The notes beneath the pieces are model-generated. The model was given only the letters and a program-made list of their open reading frames with translations, was not told the DNA's origin and did no database searches. A stretch of 64,000 bases of DNA from NCBI GenBank assembly GCA_050949565.1, contig JBMNFY010000010.1, positions 1-64,000 on the forward strand, given 5' to 3'. The DNA comes from Kiritimatiellia bacterium. Its GTDB lineage: Bacteria > Verrucomicrobiota > Kiritimatiellia > RFP12 > UBA1067. Made by a program: the position numbers and the translations under genes. Below are positions 22,562-33,564 of this stretch, piece by piece. Position 1 is the stretch's first letter. Each line of letters begins with the position of its first letter.

Positions 22562-23374
22562 ATGGCTAAGAAAACTGAGAAGAAATTGACGGCATGGGAT
22601 ATTGTGCAGATCGCGCGCCATGCGGAACGCCCCAACATCACGGATTACATCCGTCTGATGTGCGATGACTTTGTGGAGCTTCACGGCGATCGCCTGTTCG
22701 GCGATGACCGCGCCCTGATTGGCGGTTTCGCCACGATCGGCGGACGCAAGGTGATGCTGATCGGCCACCGCAAGGGACGCGGTGTGGAAGAGAATATCGA
22801 AGCCAACTTCGGCATGGCGAACCCGGAAGGTTACCGCAAAGCGATGCGGTTGATGCGCCTCGCCGAAAAGTACAGCCTGCCAGTGGTCAGCTTTGTCGAT
22901 ACGCCGGGTGCCTATCCGGGCAGCGAGGCCGAGGCCCGCGGCCAGGCCGAGGCGATCGCCCATAACCTAGAGTTTATGGCTACGCTCAAGACCCCGATCG
23001 TTGTGGTGGTCACGGGTGAGGGCGGCAGCGGTGGCGCGCTGGGAATCGCCGTAGGCGATCGCATTCTGATGTTACAGAACGCCGTGTACTCCGTGATTTC
23101 ACCGGAAGGCTGCGCCTCGATTCTGTGGCGTGACGGCAGCAAGGCACCGCAAGCCGCTGAGGCCTTGAAGATTACGGCCGAATCGCTGAAGAAACTGGGC
23201 ATCATCGATGCCATTGTGCCGGAACCGACTGGCGGCGCCCATATCGATCCCGCCGCTACGGCGGCAGCGGTCAAGAAGGCGGTGCTCGCAAATCTGGACG
23301 CCCTGTGCGCGGTGCCACTGAAGACCCTCGTGGCGCAGCGTTACGAAAAGTTCAGCGCGATGGGTCAGGCGTAA
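22562..23374 (+). CDS. accA: Acetyl-CoA carboxylase carboxyltransferase alpha subunit (short N-terminus)
   Basis: ELHGDRLFGDD, NFGMANPEGYRKA, DTPGAYPG, GEGGSGGALG, YSVISPEGCASILW. Confidence 0.97.
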   Translation: MAKKTEKKLTAWDIVQIARHAERPNITDYIRLMCDDFVELHGDRLFGDDRALIGGFATIGGRKVMLIGHRKGRGVEENIEANFGMANPEGYRKAMRLMRLAEKYSLPVVSFVDTPGAYPGSEAEARGQAEAIAHNLEFMATLKTPIVVVVTGEGGSGGALGIAVGDRILMLQNAVYSVISPEGCASILWRDGSKAPQAAEALKITAESLKKLGIIDAIVPEPTGGAHIDPAATAAAVKKAVLANLDALCAVPLKTLVAQRYEKFSAMGQA

Positions 23375-23387
23375 CGCTTCGTCGCGA

Positions 23388-26300
23388 CTATTTGCCGGGT
23401 GCCCTGATGAGCAAGGGCACCATCGGTTCGGCAGTGATGGTGTCGCCAAGTGTGCGACCGGTGATCAGATCGGTCCGACTGCCGGCAGGCAGTCCCTCGA
23501 TCGAGATGGATTGCGGTTCGCGCAGGTGGTTGCAGACCGAAGCGACCACGCCGGATTGATAGGGGGCCGAGCGGATCTCAACGCCGAAGAGGGGTTGTCC
23601 TGCGGTATCGGTCACCTGCGGCGTGGGCGGCAGTCCCCATGCAGCGGCACGTGCCGTCAGCAGCGGGAACAGTGCGCGCGCGTCACGCGGTTTGGCCAGC
23701 GTTTCTAGATTCTGAATGTCCCGCGTCTGGTTGCAGTCATTGTGCGTCGGCACAGCCCCGATCGTCACGACATGCACGCCGGCCGCGCGCAGTTTTTCGA
23801 TGCCTTCGCGTGCCGCGTCCGGCAGGTGGGTCACCTGCGGCAGCAGCAGCACCTTGGCCGTGTCGAGCGGTCGCGGCAACACACCGGTACGCGCCGCTTC
23901 CTCCAGTTTCCGTTCGCTTGCGAAGCCGAGCGGACGCCCCAAGAAATTAGCCGCTTCGTACGTGTCATTCAAAACGGGCGCGTGATCGGTTCCGAGTACG
24001 AGTGACGATCGGCTCCAAAGCAACACCACCTCAGGCGCGAGATTTTGGATCGCGGCGATTTCGTGCGCCAAGCGATTGAGGTCGAGGCCGCAGCGCCCCA
24101 CAGCCTCCACGCAGTCAGGACGGTGGAGGATCGATCCCGCCAGATCGCTCACATCATCGTTGCACCGTTCCCATACCCAGATCGTCGTGGCACTCTGCCC
24201 GTGAATCGCGTTCTGCCACAGCGTTGCATAGAGGTGGGCCGGTGGAATAACGCTCACATCGCGGTCGTCAATGAGGTGGTTTTCGGAATTAACGACCGAC
24301 AGATCGGCCATGCTCCGCTGGTAGTCGTAGCCCGCTTGGCAGTGCCGCCAGCCGTTGTTCCACATGCCACCTGTCTTGTTATACATGCAGTAGGTGTCGT
24401 TACCGTTATACTGGCTCAGTGCGGCGAAGGCTTCGGGATCGACAGACCAGACCCCGTGCAAGGTCTTGTGAAAGTGTGCGCCCATCATGATCTTGGCATG
24501 AACGGCCAAATTAGGTGCCATCTCGTGAACCAGATCGGCCATCCAACGGTGAAAGTCCGCAAAGGTCTCGCTATTGAAACGGATGAAGTCGAGACAGGCG
24601 GGCGTCGCCTCGAAGGCCGGCGCGGGCACCGGGATCGACGCGAAGTCGGCATACGTCGTGTTCCAGCGCACGTTGAGCGCGGCGATGGTTCCGTGACGCT
24701 TTTCTAGCCAGGCAGGCCATGTTTTCGCCGTGATCCGACAGGCGGAGAGATCGACGCAGATCGGCTCGTTGCTCAGACAGACCGAGTGCAGCGCGGGATG
24801 GTTCATCACGCGGGGAATCACCTGCCTCAGCGATTTTTCAAGGACAGCGCGCGCGCGGGGATCATGGACGCAAAAGTTGAAAAAGCCGCCACGGCAGTCG
24901 GCAAGCTCCGGCCACTTCTTGAGCGCCCATTGCGGAAAATAGTGCGGGCTGAGCAGTAGATTCACGGAGACATTCGCCTGCGCGGCACGGTCGCAGAGGG
25001 CCAGGAATTCATTGATCGCGCGATCGCTGGTTTCATCCTCTTGGGGCAGGACGGAGTGCGGCCCGAATTCGACCTGAATGATGTTGCAGCCGTATCCGGG
25101 GAGTTTCTCGACATCTTTTCTGACTTGGCTGAAGTGCCCGTAACCGGTGAATAGAACCGGTCCGCGCTCGGTCCGTCCGTCTGGGTGGCGTCGCGTCCCG
25201 ATGGTCTGCGCACGCGAGATTTCGAGCGGACTGGTCGCATAGCGCGGCACAGGGAAATCGGTGGCCTGCCCGTTGAGGATGGCTTGTGCGCGAGCCTCTT
25301 CGCGGGCCGCCATCTGTTGGAGCAAGTAGACTGTGTCCCACGCGCGGTCGATCCTGCCGACGGCGAGATCCGCGTCAACCCACGGCACAAAGTTTTCCAG
25401 TACGGTCAGCGTCACGCGCGATGCTGCGCCCAACCCGCGCTGTTCAAGCTGTTCGACCGCCGTGCGCAATCGATCACGTGCGGCGACCACTGGTGTTACG
25501 GCCGCACGCACGCGCGGTGCGGAAACCACGTTGACGGTTCCGGTGTTGCTCGTCAACGTCTGCCCATCACGAATCAGGTGAAGCTTCCAGTCAAGCTTCT
25601 CGGGGCGGCGGTCACCCAGATGGCAGCGCAACATCAAACGTGCTGTTTTATCTCCGGCCGCGAGCGTCGCGTGCTGCGATGCCACAACGTTCCCCGCGCC
25701 GTCAGAGAGCGTTACCTTCACATCCGCGGGTCGGGACGCATCGTCGACCACGACCACACCTTCCGCCTTGAATTCATCTGCGCAGAACGTCCATGTATCA
25801 CACGGCCAGCGCTCCGGTGCCCAGCGCGTTGCGAAAGTTTGACCACGGTGCGTCACTTCAGGCGGGGCGGGGGGTACCAGATCCAGAAAGGTTGAAGGCG
25901 ATACACCATCCAGACACGCTGGCACCGGCCGCTCACCTTCGCGCAATGAGAGGTCATCGATCCAGATGGCTTCGGTCGGTCGCTCAGTGCAGATGCGCAA
26001 TTGAAACGTGGTTTCCCGCTCGCCGGTCACGAACGTGCGCGATATCCGCTGCCATCGGCCGTAGGTGGCGGGCAGACCGAGCCGTATCTTCCAGCCCTCG
26101 CCGCCACCGATCCACACGCCGGGGAGGGTGCCGGCGGTCTTAACAGAAGCGGAATAGGTGTAGCGCGTGTTGGGTTTGACCGGGATCGGGCTGGCCACCC
26201 AAAGCGTACCGAACACATGCGCGCCAAAGGCAGTGCCATTTGTGATTTTGATCGAGGCGCGTCCTGTATGCGGATTTTGCGTGTCGAACGTGAGCGTGGC

Positions 26301-26495
26301 GTCGGTGTTACGGCGGTCCCACAGCCATCCTGTCGGGATGCCGTTGACCTCGGTTTCAAACGATCCGTTGGTCACCAGATTTTTACCGGGATCGAACGCC
26401 TGAAGCGTCAGTCGCGCCGTCCCCGGTGTTAGTTCAGCACCTGCATGGCCCGCCAATATGGCAATCAGCCCCAGCATCATTCCAATACGCATCAT
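23388..26495 (-). CDS. Secreted GH42-like beta-galactosidase with N-terminal CBM4/9-like module
   Basis: Signal peptide, NLVTNGSFE, HYFPQW, LSNEP, WLEKRHGTIAALNVRWNTTYADFASI, NSENH. Confidence 0.75.
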   Translation of the reverse strand: MMRIGMMLGLIAILAGHAGAELTPGTARLTLQAFDPGKNLVTNGSFETEVNGIPTGWLWDRRNTDATLTFDTQNPHTGRASIKITNGTAFGAHVFGTLWVASPIPVKPNTRYTYSASVKTAGTLPGVWIGGGEGWKIRLGLPATYGRWQRISRTFVTGERETTFQLRICTERPTEAIWIDDLSLREGERPVPACLDGVSPSTFLDLVPPAPPEVTHRGQTFATRWAPERWPCDTWTFCADEFKAEGVVVVDDASRPADVKVTLSDGAGNVVASQHATLAAGDKTARLMLRCHLGDRRPEKLDWKLHLIRDGQTLTSNTGTVNVVSAPRVRAAVTPVVAARDRLRTAVEQLEQRGLGAASRVTLTVLENFVPWVDADLAVGRIDRAWDTVYLLQQMAAREEARAQAILNGQATDFPVPRYATSPLEISRAQTIGTRRHPDGRTERGPVLFTGYGHFSQVRKDVEKLPGYGCNIIQVEFGPHSVLPQEDETSDRAINEFLALCDRAAQANVSVNLLLSPHYFPQWALKKWPELADCRGGFFNFCVHDPRARAVLEKSLRQVIPRVMNHPALHSVCLSNEPICVDLSACRITAKTWPAWLEKRHGTIAALNVRWNTTYADFASIPVPAPAFEATPACLDFIRFNSETFADFHRWMADLVHEMAPNLAVHAKIMMGAHFHKTLHGVWSVDPEAFAALSQYNGNDTYCMYNKTGGMWNNGWRHCQAGYDYQRSMADLSVVNSENHLIDDRDVSVIPPAHLYATLWQNAIHGQSATTIWVWERCNDDVSDLAGSILHRPDCVEAVGRCGLDLNRLAHEIAAIQNLAPEVVLLWSRSSLVLGTDHAPVLNDTYEAANFLGRPLGFASERKLEEAARTGVLPRPLDTAKVLLLPQVTHLPDAAREGIEKLRAAGVHVVTIGAVPTHNDCNQTRDIQNLETLAKPRDARALFPLLTARAAAWGLPPTPQVTDTAGQPLFGVEIRSAPYQSGVVASVCNHLREPQSISIEGLPAGSRTDLITGRTLGDTITAEPMVPLLIRAPGK

Positions 26496-26671
26496 GACCG
26501 TTTCTCCTGTTGGCGTCCATTATGCGGGGGAGATGAAAGAGGTCAACACCGAAAATCTACAACCACTGAAATCGGGCACGGAAGAGATGAGATTGCCCGT
26601 TTCGCGGGAAATGGGTATCATTACCTAACAACTAGTAGAATCGTTTTTGATCAGGCGAAAGGAGAGTCAGT

Positions 26672-29316
26672 TTGCGACAGGTAAAGAGAACATGGGCTGC
26701 GATGGTTGTGAGTGTGGCAGCGCTTGGATTGGTTGGGGTGGCGAACGGTCAGGCGGGTATCGATGATCCGGTGGCCTACTGGAACTTCGAGGACGCCGAC
26801 TGCGCGTTCTCTAATTTGGTGACTTCAAGTTCCTTTCACGACGCGACCGTGCTGTTCGGTCAGCCGGCTGTCGGAGTGGCTGACGGCGCGGCGGGCATCG
26901 TGGGAAACGCCCTGATACTGGACGGCACGAGTGCGTTCCGGTTGCCTTACCATCACGATAATCTGGGGCGCTCCTTTACGATCGCCTTGTGGTATTGGCA
27001 GCAGACCCAAGACACGCGGCAGTGCCTCTTTCAGTCGCGCGACAATTACACGATATCGTATGAGACCACGGACGGGAACCGCGACGTTTTTGGTTGCTAT
27101 GCGGGACAGGTGTGGGCAGGGGCGTGAAGACGGGCTTGCAGACGTGGATTCATATCGCGCACACCTTCTCCACGGTCGGGAATACCGTAACGCTCACTGT
27201 GTACAGCAACGGCGTGCAGGTGGTCACCAAGTCCGGCGTGGCAGCCGACACGATGTTCGACCTTTACGGGGTGCGCGGGTTGCATGTCGGCGCTTACCGC
27301 TCGGCGACGGAAGCTGCGGGGGGGCGTTGTTTCAAGGGCATGATTGATGAGCTGGCGCTGTGGGACCGCGCTCTCTCGGCGGCCGAGGTGCAGGCGGTCT
27401 ACGCGCGCGGAGCGGACGGCGAAGCGCTGGCCTTCACGCCTAAGGCACTGCCGTCGATCACGTTGGCGCCGGGGCAGTTGGCTTACCGGATGCGCGTGGA
27501 TGCGGGGCAACCGGACGGCATGTTCTGGAACGGCTGGCTGAGCAACGGCGGAACCGCGAGTCTGGGCGGCGTGTGGGATACGGCCCGTGCGGAGGTGCCG
27601 GTCGGCGGCACCATGCCCGATACCGCCGGCCATGACGAGGGACCGTTCGATGCCGAGAAGTTGGCGCAGACGCGCTTGCGTATCCCGATGGCCGCCGATT
27701 CGGCGCTGAAGCAGTTGCCGCAGGGTGACTTCACGCTGGAAGCGTGGTTCCGCACGACATCCACAGGGCCGAATGTCCTGTTCGGCACCTACCCCGGCAC
27801 CGGCGGCGGAGCGGTCAACCTGCAGCTCGAGGCGTGGAGCCAGGCGATGTTGTATTGGAGCACAAACACAGCCACGACATCCGAGTGTGTTCAGGTTTTG
27901 CCCTCTTGGGATCTGAGGGGACGTGATGGCAACTGGCACCATCTGGCAGGCGTCAGGAGCGATACCAACGCCTACCTCTATATGGACGGTGTGTTGATCG
28001 GTTCCAATACGTGGACGCACGGCAAGTTCGATCTGGGGGGCGACTACCTGTACATCGGACAGGACGGGCGTCAAAACTGGGGGCTTTTCGATGGCGAGAT
28101 CGGTACCGCCCGCGTGTGGGCGCGCGCCCTGAGCGCCGACGAGGTGGCGGGCGTGGCCGCCAACTGCGCGCCTGGCTTCGGTGTTGTCGCGCGCGATGGA
28201 TTGCTTGCCGAATATGCGCCGTATGAGCCGTTCAACGCCTTTCCGGAGCGGGGAGGCTGGCGCGTGCCGCTCTCGCCGCTGCTCCGGCAGGTCACGCAGA
28301 CAAACTACACGTTTGAGGTCATGTTCCGGACCACCGATAGCGGACGCGGCATTCTCCTCGGTAATTACCACGGATGGCTGGCAGCCATCAGTAACTTTGA
28401 GTTGGCCGAAAACAATCAGTTCAGGCTGGTTACTGCCAATTCTAGAGGGGAAGGGGTCACCGCTTGGTCGGGCGCGGTTACCGGGACACGTGACGGCAAC
28501 TGGCACCGTGCGGCAGCGGTGCGCCGCGACGGCAAGCTCTACCTATACATGGATGGTGTGCAGCGCGGTAACGCCGCGACGGAAACACTCGGCCCCTACG
28601 CGCTCGCGGGGTCCTATCTCGGCCTTGGCAAAGATTTCAGGGCGTCGGGTCAGGTGCCGCTGAACGGTGACCTCGGGGCGACGCGCATCTGGAACCGTGC
28701 GCTGACTGCGGACGAGATCGCCGATCTGCCGAACAACGTGCCCGCTGCGGGGCTTATCGCGCAGTATGCGCCGTTCCCGACGAACACGCTGCAGACCGCC
28801 GGTTTTCCTGGATCGTATTTCCTGCGTTCGATGAGCGCAGGGACCAACTCCGCGATGCTGTGCTTCACCGGTCTGCCGCGTCACACCAAGATTGATCTAG
28901 GGATGATCCTTGCGCAGTTGGAGTCGCTTGATCCCGCCACGGAGGATGACCGCTTCATCATCAGGCTTGACGGCGTGGAGATTCTGCGCGTCGGTCTGGG
29001 GCCGGATCAAGGCGGACAGTCCCAAGTCCACTCGCTCGAACTGTTCGGGGTGAATGAAGATGTCCAGTTGATCAAAGACACGCTGACGCAGGGCGGACAG
29101 GATCTTTTCTGCGGCGGCGGGAACGTTCTTTACAAGGATCATGTTTATGATCTGGCGCAACTGGAGGCCCTTCAGGGCATCCCGCACACCGCCGACACAC
29201 TTGTGCTGGAGTTGATCGCCACGCACAACTATGCGGGCGAGAACGAGGGGTTCGGTGTTGACGATATTCAACTGACCGTCTACCCGCCGCAGGGCACGTT
29301 GTTTACCTTGCGCTAA
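26672..29316 (+). CDS. Secreted multi-LamG (concanavalin-like) protein, apparent frameshift in G-run at 27119-27122
   Basis: Signal peptide and VAYWNFED in the first frame; three LamG signatures (IDELALWDRALS, DGNWHH…VWARALS, DGNWHR…IWNRALT) in the second; ends GTLFTLR. Confidence 0.8.
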
Positions 29317-29318
29317 CG

Positions 29319-30467
29319 ATGAGGAAGTGTGTGGTGTGCAGGAAGGCGTGTGTGTTATCGCTGGGGCTTGTATCAGCTGTCTATGCGCACGAGAAGATCT
29401 TTTATCGGATCGTGTCACCAGTGGGCTCCGGCATCACGGCGCTTTCCGCCGACGGTGCGGTTATCGCTTGGACCAACGCGGCTACCGACGCTGTGACCTG
29501 CGCGGTGCAGCGTGCATCATCGCTCGCTCCGGCTGACTGGCGCGATTTTGTGCGCCATGAGGCGACCAATACGGCGGTGCGGCTACGGCTTGGCGACCGT
29601 GCCGCGCCCGCAGACATGGTCTATATTCCGGCCGGAAGTTTCGAGATGGGGATCGACGAAGGGGCGGCCTATAATCCGAGCGAGGCCCCGTTGCACTGGG
29701 TTTATGTGAGTGCCTTCTATATGGCCCAAACAGAAGTGACTTGGGCGCAGTGGCGCGCGGTGTACGACTGGGCGGTGACCAACGGCTATACCTTCACCAA
29801 CGCGGGCGGCGGTAAGGCGGCGGACCATCCGGCCCACACACTCAATTGGTTCGATGCCATCAAGTGGTGTAACGCGCGCAGCGAAATGGAGGGATTGCCG
29901 GTCTGTTACTTCACGAATGTGACGCAGACGCTGGTTTACCGCAGTGGACAGGCCGTGCCAAGCGTAGCGTGGCGCACGGGCGGCTACCGACTGCCGACCG
30001 AAGCCGAATGGGAGAAAGCCGCGCGCGGCGGACCAGCCGGTCTGCGCTTCCCGCATGGCGATACCATCACGCATGCCGACGCGAATTTCTACAGTGACGC
30101 CAAATATGCCAACTACGACTTCAGTGACCCGCGCGGCTATCACCCGGCGTACAACGACGGAGTGCCGCCCTACACAAGTCCGGTCGGGTCGTTCGCCCCG
30201 AACGGTTTCGGGCTCTACGATATGGGCGGCAACATTCTGGAGTGGTGCTGGGACTGGTCGGGCAGCTACTATCCAGTTTCGCCTTATCTGGATCCCAGAG
30301 GCCCGGATACGGGCTCGTTCCGGGTCTTGCGCGGAGGTTCATGGTTACGGGATGCGAGCTGCCTGAGAGTGGTGGACCGCAACAACACTGCTAACCCCAC
30401 CTACAATGGTGGTGCCAGTAACCGCCATTTCGGTTTTCGCGTGGTGCGCAGCGCGACGGAGGAATGA
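29319..30467 (+). CDS. SUMF1/EgtB/PvdO (FGE-sulfatase domain) secreted protein
   Basis: IPAGSFEMG, YRLPTEAEWEKAARGG, NGFGLYDMGGNILEWCWD, RVLRGGSW, GFRVVR. Confidence 0.92.
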   Translation: MRKCVVCRKACVLSLGLVSAVYAHEKIFYRIVSPVGSGITALSADGAVIAWTNAATDAVTCAVQRASSLAPADWRDFVRHEATNTAVRLRLGDRAAPADMVYIPAGSFEMGIDEGAAYNPSEAPLHWVYVSAFYMAQTEVTWAQWRAVYDWAVTNGYTFTNAGGGKAADHPAHTLNWFDAIKWCNARSEMEGLPVCYFTNVTQTLVYRSGQAVPSVAWRTGGYRLPTEAEWEKAARGGPAGLRFPHGDTITHADANFYSDAKYANYDFSDPRGYHPAYNDGVPPYTSPVGSFAPNGFGLYDMGGNILEWCWDWSGSYYPVSPYLDPRGPDTGSFRVLRGGSWLRDASCLRVVDRNNTANPTYNGGASNRHFGFRVVRSATEE

Positions 30468-30519
30468 ACGCGTAACGTTCAACTTTTAACGTTCAAGTCG
30501 AGGGGAGAGGATAGAGGAG

Positions 30520-31872
30520 ATGATCGGAAGTCCAGCTTATCTGGCGGTGGTGGTGGCGGTAGCTGTAGCGGTGCTGCTACTGTTGATTATCAAATTGAAG
30601 CAACAACCCTTTGTCTCACTGCTACTGGTGAGTATGGGCACAGCGCTGGCGGCGGGCATGTCGCCCGAGGCGGTCATGACCAGCATCGAGAAAGGCATGG
30701 GCAACACGCTCGGCTTTATCGCGGTGGTGGTAGGGCTGGGTGCGATGTTCGGTCAGCTTCTGGAGGTCTCGGGCGGTGCCGAGCGGTTGACGCTTTCGCT
30801 GTTGCGCGTCTTCGGTCGTGAACGTGCGCCATGGGCGATGGCCATCGCCGGTTTTCTGGTGGCGATTCCGGTCTTCTTTGACGTCGGGTTTATTATCCTG
30901 GTGCCGCTGGTCTATACGCTGGCGCGCGAAACCCGCCGTTCGCTGTTGCTTTACGGGATCCCGCTGTTGGCCGGATTGGCGGTGACGCACGCCTTTGTCC
31001 CGCCCACGCCGGGACCGATCGCCGTGGCGCAACTCGTGGGCGCGGATTTGGGACGGGTGATTTTCTTTGGCAGTCTGATCGGCGTGCCGTGTGCGATCTT
31101 GGCCGGACCGCTCTTCGGCTCATGGATTTCCCGCCGCATTCACGCTGAGGTGCCAGCGTATATGGTTGGCGACCAGAAGCCGGAGATCAAAGCCGAGGTG
31201 GATCTGCCTTCGTTCGGGATGGTTTTCGGCATCCTGCTCCTGCCGCTGGCGCTGATCCTCATCAACACCGTGACCGGTGCGCTGCTGACCGGTCCTGAAT
31301 ATGCCTCGTTGCGTCGCGTCTGCGCCTTTATCGGCCATCCGTTCTTCGCGTTGCTGGCCGCGACACTCATTGCGTTCACGGCGCTGGGCACCCGCCGCGG
31401 CCTGTCACGTGAGAAGGTGAACGAGATCGCCACATCGTCGCTGGCACCGGCCGGTCTGATCATCCTGGTGACCGGCGCAGGCGGAGTTTTCAAGCAGGTG
31501 CTGGTGGACAGCGGGGCCGGCAAGGCGCTCGCCGAAGCGATGGCCGGTGTCGGCCTGCATCCGATCTGGGCGGCCTTTCTGATTGCCCTGCTGGTGCGCG
31601 CGGTGGCCGGGTCGGCCACGGTCGCGATGCTGACCGCCGGCGGCATCATCGCGCCGCTGCTGGAGGGGGCGCCGGTGGAACCCGCCCTGATCGTGATTGC
31701 CATCGCCTCCGGTGCGACTGCGGTATCGCACGTCAACGACAGCGGTTTCTGGCTGGTCAACCGTTACTTCGGTTTGAGCGTGAAGGACACGCTCAAATCC
31801 TGGACCGTGATGGAGAGCATCATCGGCATCACTGGCGTAACGCTCGCCTGGCTGTTGAGCTACGTGGTCTAA
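30520..31872 (+). CDS. GntP family gluconate:H+ symporter
   Basis: LEVSGGAER, IPVFFDVGF, HAFVPPTPGP, GAGGVFKQVL, SHVNDSGFWLV. Confidence 0.93.
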   Translation: MIGSPAYLAVVVAVAVAVLLLLIIKLKQQPFVSLLLVSMGTALAAGMSPEAVMTSIEKGMGNTLGFIAVVVGLGAMFGQLLEVSGGAERLTLSLLRVFGRERAPWAMAIAGFLVAIPVFFDVGFIILVPLVYTLARETRRSLLLYGIPLLAGLAVTHAFVPPTPGPIAVAQLVGADLGRVIFFGSLIGVPCAILAGPLFGSWISRRIHAEVPAYMVGDQKPEIKAEVDLPSFGMVFGILLLPLALILINTVTGALLTGPEYASLRRVCAFIGHPFFALLAATLIAFTALGTRRGLSREKVNEIATSSLAPAGLIILVTGAGGVFKQVLVDSGAGKALAEAMAGVGLHPIWAAFLIALLVRAVAGSATVAMLTAGGIIAPLLEGAPVEPALIVIAIASGATAVSHVNDSGFWLVNRYFGLSVKDTLKSWTVMESIIGITGVTLAWLLSYVV

Positions 31873-32488
31873 AAATTTAGGAGTTAAAATTTAGGATTTA
31901 GGAATTGTGTATAAAACTCCTAAATCCTAAATCTCAACTCCCAAATCCGGTTGCGATTCAACGTCGTTGAATCGCGCCGGTCAGAAGGTCCAGCCAACGC
32001 CGAGGATGTAGCGCAGATCCTTCTTGTCGCGGCCTTCTGCGGGCTTCGAGTTGTAGGCCATTTGCGCTTTGGCTTCCAGCGCCAGACGGGAAGTCAGGGC
32101 CGCGCGCATGCCGAAGCGGTTTCTGGCTGGTTAACCGTTACTTCGGTTTGAGCGTGAAGGACACGCTCAAATCCTGGACCGTGATGGAGAGCATCATCGG
32201 CATCACCGGTGTGGTGATCGCCTGGCTGTTGAGCTACGTGGTCTAAAAATTTAGGAGTTAAAATTTAGGATTCAGGAATTGTGTATAAAACTCCTAAATC
32301 CTAAATCTCAACTCCCAAATCCGGTTGCGATTCAACGTCGTTGAATCGCGCCGGTCAGAAGGTCCAGCCGACGCCGAGGATGTAGCGCAGATCCTTCTTG
32401 TCGCGGCCTTCCGAGGGCTTTGAGTTATAGGCCATTTGTGCTTTGGCTTCCAGCGCCAGACGGGAAGTCAGGGCCGCGCGCATGCCGA
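31741..32488. repeat. Tandem duplication, 2 x 374 bp (31741-32114 and 32115-32488), 14 differences by manual count
   Basis: Each unit contains the 3' end of the GntP gene, the intergenic region and the 3' end of the DUF481 gene. Confidence 0.95.
31953..31975. terminator. Hairpin between convergent genes (second copy 32327-32349), possible bidirectional terminator
   Basis: GCGATTCAACG-T-CGTTGAATCGC; no clear U-tract. Confidence 0.45.
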
Positions 32489-33359
32489 CGTCGGTGTTCA
32501 CCAGATAATTGGCCACGTACTCGAAACTCGGGATGTATTCGAGGTTGTGGAACGCCTTCACGTAGTCATTGAAGGATTTGTCGACGTGGTAGGCCAACCG
32601 GCCTGCCATGTAGGTGCGGGTTTCGCTCGGCTCTTGGTACTTCTCATGGACCCAGTTCACACCGGCTTCCGTCGAGAAGTTCAGGTCAGCCCGTTCGATC
32701 CATTGGTAACCGAGACCGACGCCCGGCGTCAGGCGCATGTCCAAGTTGGCGATGCGATCCTTCTCATACCGGATGTTGCCGTGGCCGTACAACTTCTGCG
32801 TGAAGAAGTAGTCATACTGGCCCTTCAGGAACCAGTTGTCGGCGGTCGTTTCGTTTTGGCGTGTGGAGTCATCGCGCTGTTTGGCGGTGTAATAACCCGC
32901 GCCCAGCGTGATGCGGTCCACATCCGTGCGCCGTGCCGCCTCGACGCCGACGCTCGCGGTATCGCTCTTCGTGTTGCCGCGCACAAAAGTGGCGCCGGCC
33001 GAAACGATACCTTTCCAGGCGGGCTTATCAGGATTCAGCTTGGCAATGTTGCCGAACGGCAGGGTTCGCCCAGCCTCGATGGAAACCTGCCCGCCTTCGG
33101 ACGGAGACACTTTTTTGTTTACGATGGAACCGTCGGACAGGGCGATTTCGATCGGCGCATCCGTCGAGAATGTATCGATATCGTCCATTTTCAACACGAG
33201 GGGGCCGGCCACTTTGGAATCAAACAGCATCTTGCCGTCCGCCATCGACTTCACCGTGCCAGTTAACCGGTCGCCAGACTTGAACTGCACTTCATCGGCC
33301 AGCGTCACCGCCGCCACGCCGATGCATCCAGCAACGGCCATAATCCACATTTTGTTCAT
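32355..33359 (-). CDS. DUF481 (YdiY-like) outer-membrane beta-barrel protein
   Basis: Signal peptide MNKMWIMAVAG…LAD, GDRLTG N-terminal module, RGNTKS, C-terminal beta-signal LGVGWTF. Confidence 0.85.
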   Translation of the reverse strand: MNKMWIMAVAGCIGVAAVTLADEVQFKSGDRLTGTVKSMADGKMLFDSKVAGPLVLKMDDIDTFSTDAPIEIALSDGSIVNKKVSPSEGGQVSIEAGRTLPFGNIAKLNPDKPAWKGIVSAGATFVRGNTKSDTASVGVEAARRTDVDRITLGAGYYTAKQRDDSTRQNETTADNWFLKGQYDYFFTQKLYGHGNIRYEKDRIANLDMRLTPGVGLGYQWIERADLNFSTEAGVNWVHEKYQEPSETRTYMAGRLAYHVDKSFNDYVKAFHNLEYIPSFEYVANYLVNTDVGMRAALTSRLALEAKAQMAYNSKPSEGRDKKDLRYILGVGWTF

Positions 33360-33564
33360 ACTACAGGTTGTCCTTTTTTTAATCAAAAGATCCTGTGGAC
33401 GTAATGCGTCCACAAAACCACGCCACCATATCAGAATAATTACGGGGTGAGCAAGCCGTTTCAGAGTGCCTTTGAACTTGAGCCTTAAAGGCCAATTCGG
33501 TACTGTTAAAAGATCATATGGAAGAGTTTCGCAAATGATGTTGGTAGCTCGATAGGGGAACACC

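Noticed and set aside
29319-30467. FGE-domain protein as a diversity-generating retroelement target
   Set aside because: No reverse transcriptase and no second copy (template repeat) of its 3' end seen in the window
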